DNA from: an uncultured Sulfolobales archaeon
GTDB taxonomy: Archaea > Thermoproteota > Thermoprotei_A > Sulfolobales > NBVN01
Direction of reading: 5' to 3'
Length of the DNA: 64,000 nt
Assembly: GCA_937949785.1 (NCBI GenBank)
Contig: CALEDH010000008.1
Coordinates: forward strand, 5,845 to 69,844
Shown here: one piece after another, positions 58,519 to 64,000 of the stretch
Layout of the letters: the number at the start of each line of letters is the position of its first letter
Numbering within the stretch: position 1 is the first letter of the stretch
The notes under the pieces: model-generated
Databases searched by the model: none
Told to the model about the DNA's origin: nothing
What the model saw: only the letters and a program-made list of their open reading frames with translations
Translations under genes and position numbers: made by a program

Positions 58519-59475
58519 ATGGAGAGGCTTGTTAGAATAGTTGATTTAAGAGTGTATTACGACCTCCCTCAGGGAGCTGTTAAAGCTGTTGATGGGGTTG
58601 ACTTAGATGTGATTAAGGGTGAAATACTAGGGATTGCAGGGGAAAGCGGTTCAGGTAAGTCAACACTAGCTCTAGCGGTTACAGGCTTATTGAGACCTCC
58701 TGCCAGGGTTGCCTCGGGTAAGGTCTTATTTAATGGGGTTGACTTACTTAAGTTAAGTAATGATGAGTTGAGGAAGATTAGAGGCAGTAAGATAGGTATG
58801 ATTTTCCAAGACCCTAACACATACCTTAACCCCCTATACACTGTGGGCTTTCAGGTTGGTGAGGTTTTTGAATCACATAGAGGTGGTCCGATAGGTAAGT
58901 ACTTAAACGATGTCATAGCGCTCTTCAAATCTGTTAGGATAGCTGACCCTGAAAGGAGGGTTAATGCTTATCCACACCATATGAGCGGTGGTATGAAGCA
59001 GAGGGTTTTAATATCTATGGCAGTAGCTGAGAAGCCGGAACTCATAGTTGCTGATGAACCGACATCAGCTCTAGATGTTACCGTTCAAGCCGAGATCATC
59101 GAGCTCCTCAACGAGATTAGAGAAGGGATGAAGACCTCACTTATATTCATAACTCATGACTTAGCGCTGTTAATGGAGATCGCTGATAGGGTTGCTATAA
59201 TGTATGCTGGCAAGCTTGTTGAGGTTGGTAGTACTAATGAAGTGGTTAGAGAGCCGTTACATCCATATACTAAGGCATTACTCTCCTCATTAAGGTATGA
59301 GAGGAAGAGGAGGTTGACATCAATTAAAGGCTCCATACCTAGTCTGATAAACCCGCCTAATGGCTGTAGGTTCCATCCTAGATGTCCTTACGCCCTACCT
59401 AAGTGCTCTCAGTTAGAACCTAACCTCATTGATGTGGGGGGTAGGGTGGTTTCATGCTTCTTAGTAGGTGGTTAG
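58519..59475 (+). CDS. dppD: Peptide ABC ATPase (DppD-like)
   Basis: GESGSGKS, MIFQDP, SGGMKQR and GCRFHPRC motifs. Confidence 0.92.
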   Translation: MERLVRIVDLRVYYDLPQGAVKAVDGVDLDVIKGEILGIAGESGSGKSTLALAVTGLLRPPARVASGKVLFNGVDLLKLSNDELRKIRGSKIGMIFQDPNTYLNPLYTVGFQVGEVFESHRGGPIGKYLNDVIALFKSVRIADPERRVNAYPHHMSGGMKQRVLISMAVAEKPELIVADEPTSALDVTVQAEIIELLNEIREGMKTSLIFITHDLALLMEIADRVAIMYAGKLVEVGSTNEVVREPLHPYTKALLSSLRYERKRRLTSIKGSIPSLINPPNGCRFHPRCPYALPKCSQLEPNLIDVGGRVVSCFLVGG

Positions 59476-60448
59476 GATGGAGGCTGTGGTGAAAGCGGTT
59501 AGCATTAAGAAATACTTCCCACTCTCTACAGGTTTTTTCTCGGCGAAGAAACATGTTAGGGCTGTTGATGGCGTAGATTTAGAACTCTTCAGCGGTGAGG
59601 TACTGGCATTAGTTGGTGAAAGCGGTTCAGGTAAGTCAACACTTGGCAGGATCATCGTAGGTCTGCAAAGACCTGATAGTGGTGAGGTGTTCTACAGGAA
59701 TTACAGTATCTACAAGTCGGGGAACTCCTTACCGAAGGATGTGAGACATAAGATACAGGCAGTATTTCAAAACCCTGATAGTAGTTTAAACCCTAGGATG
59801 CAGGTATTTGACATATTAGGAGAAGCAGTACTTACTAAGAAACCTATGTTAGGTAGAGCAGGAGTTCTTGAGAAGGTCATTAAGTTGTTAGGGGTTGTAG
59901 GGCTTTCCGACGACCACATATTTAAATATCCGCATGAGCTTTCCGGAGGTGAGAGGCAGAGAATAGCTATAGCTAGGGCATTAGCAGTAGAGCCTGAGAT
60001 CTTAATAGCTGATGAGATCGTCTCAGCCTTAGACGTATCTGTTAGGGCTCAAGTAATGAACGTGTTAATGGATATTATAGATGGGTTTAAGTTGAGCATG
60101 ATCTTCATAACCCATGATATGGGGTTAGTATGGAATATATCAGATAGGATTGCTGTGATGTACTTAGGTAGGGTAGTTGAAGTAGGCCCTACTGAGAGGG
60201 TATTTAAAAACCCTCTACACCCATATACTAAGATGCTTTTAGTATCATCACCTACAGCATCATCAACAATGGCTTATAAGGACTTAAGATTTAAGGCTAG
60301 GGGGGAACCTCCAAGCCCTATAGACCCACCTAAGGGATGTAGATTCATTACCAGGTGCCCCATAGCCTGTCCACGATGTAATGAAGTAGATCCTAAGCTC
60401 AATGAGGTATCTGAAAATCATAAAGTAGCTTGCATAAAAATTAATTAA
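59468..60448 (+). CDS. dppF: Peptide ABC ATPase (DppF-like)
   Basis: GESGSGKST, YPHELSGGERQR, HPYT and GCRF..RC motifs. Confidence 0.92.
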   Translation: MVRMEAVVKAVSIKKYFPLSTGFFSAKKHVRAVDGVDLELFSGEVLALVGESGSGKSTLGRIIVGLQRPDSGEVFYRNYSIYKSGNSLPKDVRHKIQAVFQNPDSSLNPRMQVFDILGEAVLTKKPMLGRAGVLEKVIKLLGVVGLSDDHIFKYPHELSGGERQRIAIARALAVEPEILIADEIVSALDVSVRAQVMNVLMDIIDGFKLSMIFITHDMGLVWNISDRIAVMYLGRVVEVGPTERVFKNPLHPYTKMLLVSSPTASSTMAYKDLRFKARGEPPSPIDPPKGCRFITRCPIACPRCNEVDPKLNEVSENHKVACIKIN

Positions 60449-60512
60449 TTATTAAATAAAATTAAACGTATGCTTTAGAATTAATTAAAAATTCTTTAAT
60501 TAGGAGTCCAAT

Positions 60513-60526
60513 TAAAAGTTTAAAAA
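60513..60526 (+). promoter_or_regulatory. Probable internal BRE/TATA promoter for the substrate-binding gene
   Basis: TAAAAGTTTAAAAA about 30-40 nt upstream of ATG 60557, in a very AT-rich spacer. Confidence 0.5.
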
Positions 60527-60556
60527 CCCTTACCCTGTAGTAATTAGGGTATCACC

Positions 60557-62203
60557 ATGAGGATAAATAAGGGTGTAACAACTAAAACCGCTGCAATATT
60601 AATAGCTGCAATTGTGGTAATAGCGGTGATTGCTGGTTTAACTATATTTACAGGTCCTACAAAACCGACTGCTACAACGCCTACGACAACGCAGAGTCCT
60701 ACAACGACGCCTACGGTGACATCACCTCCTACTCAAACCGGCACAACTAAGGACACTGTTAAAGTTGCTATTGGTGTTGACCTAGATACCGTAGATCCTC
60801 ATGACATAACGACAACTATGGTATTTAATGTACTTAGGCATTGTTATGAAACATTAGTTTGGGTTGATGAGAAGGGTAGTGTAATTCCTTGGTTAGTTGA
60901 GAGATGGGAAGTATCAGCTGATGGTAAGGTTTACACGTTCTACGTTAGGAAGGATGTGAAGTTCCATGACGGCACCGAGTTAAACGCTGATGTTGTGAAG
61001 GCCAATTTTGACAGATGGATGGACCCAACAGTTAAGGTGTCTCAGAGAGGTCAGTTAGGACCTCTATCTAAGGTTGAGGTCGTAGATAAGTACATCGTTA
61101 AGGTCTACTTGAGAGAGCCTTTCGCAGTGTTCTTAAAGTCTTTAAGCACATATCTATTCATAACGAGCTCTAAGGTCATAGAGACGTTCGGCAATAAATC
61201 TATAACTGAAGTGGTTGGTACTGGCCCATATAAATTTATGGTTTGGGAGAAGGGTAAGAGGGTAGTTTTGGAAAGGAATGATTATTACTGGGGTGATAAG
61301 CCGATATTAAAGAGGGTTGAATGGGTTATAGTGCCGGAAGCATCAACTAGGTTAGCTGCATTACTTGCAGGTGATGTCGACTTCGCCTTCAACCTACCTC
61401 CTACAGACCTTGAGAGGGTTAAAGGAGATCCGAGGTTCACTGCAGTACTACCTGTTAGCAATAGAATAATCTTTGTTGCCATGATTCCCAGAGGACCTCT
61501 CGTAGACCCTAGGGTTAGGCAGGCAATGAATTATGCCGTAGACGTTGACGCGATAATTAACAAAATACTCTACGGATTAGCTATTAGGACTAACGCACCG
61601 CTACCGCCGCACTTCTTCGGATACCATGAAATGCCGCCCTACACATATGACCCTGAGAAAGCTAAGAAGTTATTAGCTGAGGCTGGATATCCGAATGGGT
61701 TTAAGGTAGTTTTAATGCATCCAACAGGTAGGTACATGCAGGATAAGCAGGTAGCTGAGGCAGTTCAAGCATACCTATCTAAGGTTGGCATAACTGTTGA
61801 GTTGAGGACTATGGACTGGCCTAGCTTCGTCGCTGAGTTAAGAAAACCGCTTGAAGAGAAAACATATAATATGGTACTGCTTGGTTGGGGTCCTGGTGTT
61901 GCAGACGCGCATCTAGCACTTCACGGTCAGTTCCACTCAGCTCAGGCACCGCCTAGGGGCTTAGCAGCCGCACATTACAATAACTCTGAAGTAGATAAGC
62001 TCTTAGAGATGGGTATGAGTGAGGTAAATGAGAGTAAGAGGGTTGAATACTATAGGAGGGCTATAGAGATAATATGGAATGAAGCTCCATGGATATTCCT
62101 ATACACTCAGAAATGGTTCTACGCTTCATCAGCAAGTTTACAGAACTTCAGAGTAAATATTGACGGTGAGCAAGTATTCTTCCATAAGGCATATTTTAAA
62201 TAA
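60557..62203 (+). CDS. dppA: Peptide/glutathione ABC substrate-binding protein (SBP family 5)
   Basis: N-terminal anchor, Thr/Pro linker, VKFHDG, GTGPY and DPRVRQA motifs. Confidence 0.9.
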   Translation: MRINKGVTTKTAAILIAAIVVIAVIAGLTIFTGPTKPTATTPTTTQSPTTTPTVTSPPTQTGTTKDTVKVAIGVDLDTVDPHDITTTMVFNVLRHCYETLVWVDEKGSVIPWLVERWEVSADGKVYTFYVRKDVKFHDGTELNADVVKANFDRWMDPTVKVSQRGQLGPLSKVEVVDKYIVKVYLREPFAVFLKSLSTYLFITSSKVIETFGNKSITEVVGTGPYKFMVWEKGKRVVLERNDYYWGDKPILKRVEWVIVPEASTRLAALLAGDVDFAFNLPPTDLERVKGDPRFTAVLPVSNRIIFVAMIPRGPLVDPRVRQAMNYAVDVDAIINKILYGLAIRTNAPLPPHFFGYHEMPPYTYDPEKAKKLLAEAGYPNGFKVVLMHPTGRYMQDKQVAEAVQAYLSKVGITVELRTMDWPSFVAELRKPLEEKTYNMVLLGWGPGVADAHLALHGQFHSAQAPPRGLAAAHYNNSEVDKLLEMGMSEVNESKRVEYYRRAIEIIWNEAPWIFLYTQKWFYASSASLQNFRVNIDGEQVFFHKAYFK

Positions 62204-62270
62204 ACATATTTCTTTTACTCAGACCTAATCCCAACATTTTTAAACAGTCCATTACCTTAAATATTTCGGT

Positions 62271-63371
62271 GTGTTTATGGGTGGCCGTCTAGGTAAGTTA
62301 TTTAAGTTATTAGAGCTTAGAGGGCTGGATTACATAGTTCTAGGAGGTCAGCCGAACATCACGTACTTCACCGGAATATCTAAGCCCTCAGGCTGTTTAC
62401 TAGTGATGAGGGGAGATGGTTATACCGAATTACTCACCCCACTACTCGATTATAGCAGGGTGTTAAGGAGTGTTAGGTCTAATGGAGTTGTAGTGCTACC
62501 TTACACAACGTATGAGGTTAGGACGTACAGCGAGGTTATCTCAGACCTCATAACTTATGTGAAGAGTAAGCTTCCCAACGGGGTTAAAGTAGGTGTAGAT
62601 TTAAACTATGTGAACCTCACAATGTATAGGTTGGTGTCAGTATTAGGTGGGAAGGTAACGGACATCAGCAGCGATATATTAAGTATTAGGGCTATTAAAG
62701 ATGGGCATGAGATAAACTCCATCAAGGAGGCGTTGAGGATTGCTGAGGACGCCCTAGTTAGGCTTTTAAGCGATTTAGGGCAAGGGGTCACTGAGTTAAG
62801 GGCTGTTGGACTATTAGAGAAGTATTTAAGGGATTTAGGCGCTCATGGAGTTGCCTTCGATACGATAGTTGCATCCGGTTCTAATACTGCCTACCCACAC
62901 GCGTTGCCTAGCAGTAAGAGTGTTGTGAGTGGTGAGCACGTAATCGTGGATTTAGGGGCGGTCTTCCACTCGTATTCCTCAGACATAACGAGGACTGTAT
63001 GTGTAGGTAATATCCCCGGCGAGGTCTCTGAGACGCTTAACGCTGTTGAGGAAGCATTAGTAGTTGCTGAGGATTATGTAGGTCCGTATATCAGAGTATC
63101 AGATGTTGATAGTAAGATTAGAGATGTTTTAAGTAGGTACGGTCTTGAGAAACACTTTACCCACTCCTCAGGTCATGGAGTAGGGATCGAGGTCCATGAA
63201 GTACCTAGGATTGCTCAGGGAATTACTGAGGAGTTAAAACCTGGTATGGTAATTACATTAGAGCCTGGGGTTTATGTGGGAGACCTTTACGGAGTTCGAA
63301 TAGAGGATATGGTACTGATAACCAATTCTGGGAGGGAAGTTATGAATAGGTTAAGCCACAAACTTCAGTAG
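62271..63371 (+). CDS. Xaa-Pro aminopeptidase/prolidase (M24B)
   Basis: PH, DLG, SDITRT, HSSGHGVG.EVHE, TLEPG and GVRIED motifs. Confidence 0.92.
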   Translation: MFMGGRLGKLFKLLELRGLDYIVLGGQPNITYFTGISKPSGCLLVMRGDGYTELLTPLLDYSRVLRSVRSNGVVVLPYTTYEVRTYSEVISDLITYVKSKLPNGVKVGVDLNYVNLTMYRLVSVLGGKVTDISSDILSIRAIKDGHEINSIKEALRIAEDALVRLLSDLGQGVTELRAVGLLEKYLRDLGAHGVAFDTIVASGSNTAYPHALPSSKSVVSGEHVIVDLGAVFHSYSSDITRTVCVGNIPGEVSETLNAVEEALVVAEDYVGPYIRVSDVDSKIRDVLSRYGLEKHFTHSSGHGVGIEVHEVPRIAQGITEELKPGMVITLEPGVYVGDLYGVRIEDMVLITNSGREVMNRLSHKLQ

Positions 63372-63380
63372 TGCTGCTAA

Positions 63381-64000
63381 CTAACCATCAACATGTTCGC
63401 TAAGACTATTCAGCATTACCGGCATGTTCATGAATGCGGTGTGTACACGTCCGCAGTAGAACTTCGTCAACACACCTCTGTCCTTCAACAACTTATCCAC
63501 GTCAGAAGTACTTAACATCGCTGGGTCGTGAACCTGCGATGCGATGACGAAGTTACATGCGTATCCGAAGGAAGGTATCCATACGGAGTACTCCCGGACA
63601 ACGTTGAAGATTTTCCTCAGGTTATGTAGGATGTTACGGTAGGTTTTAGGGAAGAAAAACGAGTTACCGACCTGCGCTACTATTATACCATCACTACGAA
63701 TTCTCCTCACGAGCTTAGAGTAGAATTCCTCGGAGTATAACGCGCTAGCTATTTCAGGGCCGTGCGGGTCCGTAAGGTCTGATATGACGACGTCAAAAAC
63801 CTCATTGAATTCCTCAACGTATTTAAAGCCGTCCATAATTACGACCTTACTTCTAGGGTCGTTGAAGGAACCCATATGCATCTCAACTAAATAATCCTTA
63901 GCTAACTCTACTAACTCACCATCTATATCAACCATGACCGCGTTAGTAATTGTTGGGTATTTAAGTACTTCCCGTAGTGTAGCGCCCTCACCACCACCTA
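63381..64000 (-). CDS. speE: Polyamine aminopropyltransferase (spermidine synthase family), 5' end outside window
   Basis: Frame is open to the window end: GGGEGATLRE...MVDIDG, DG, DVVISDLTDP. Confidence 0.92.
   Translation of the reverse strand, partial: GGGEGATLREVLKYPTITNAVMVDIDGELVELAKDYLVEMHMGSFNDPRSKVVIMDGFKYVEEFNEVFDVVISDLTDPHGPEIASALYSEEFYSKLVRRIRSDGIIVAQVGNSFFFPKTYRNILHNLRKIFNVVREYSVWIPSFGYACNFVIASQVHDPAMLSTSDVDKLLKDRGVLTKFYCGRVHTAFMNMPVMLNSLSEHVDG

Noticed and set aside
1-64000. CRISPR array, tRNA, rRNA, intact transposase or integrase
   Set aside because: No regularly spaced repeats, tRNA cloverleaf/T-loop motifs, rRNA-like tracts or recombinase ORFs were seen by eye.

Overview
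Archaeal DNA of roughly 40% GC. Gene content (SRP 7S RNA, LysW pathway, DUF2192, COG1750 protease, tungsten AOR) points to a thermophilic crenarchaeote (Desulfurococcales/Sulfolobales-like; inference). The window is gene-dense core and metabolic sequence, with no CRISPR array, rRNA, tRNA or intact mobile element seen. Main contents: (1) Pit/DUF47 phosphate uptake pair; (2) SRP RNA, absent from the ORF track; (3) gyaR, htpX, JAMM and pgk; (4) a divergent LysW-dependent lysine/ornithine cluster, lysW-lysX-lysJ-lysK opposite argX-lysY-lysZ-lysM, with lysW missed by the ORF track; (5) Liv-, Btu/Fec- and Dpp-type ABC importers and many peptidases; (6) a membrane-anchored wHTH regulator divergent from a secreted beta-propeller gene across a perfect 10-bp inverted repeat; (7) a cofactor-maturation block of lipS2, hypDC, lipS1, lipoate ligase and larBC without larE; (8) a ferredoxin-AOR-NSS transporter-TIGR04076 operon whose transporter is frameshifted at an (AT)3 tract. 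All family calls come from recognising motifs by eye; no database searches were run.
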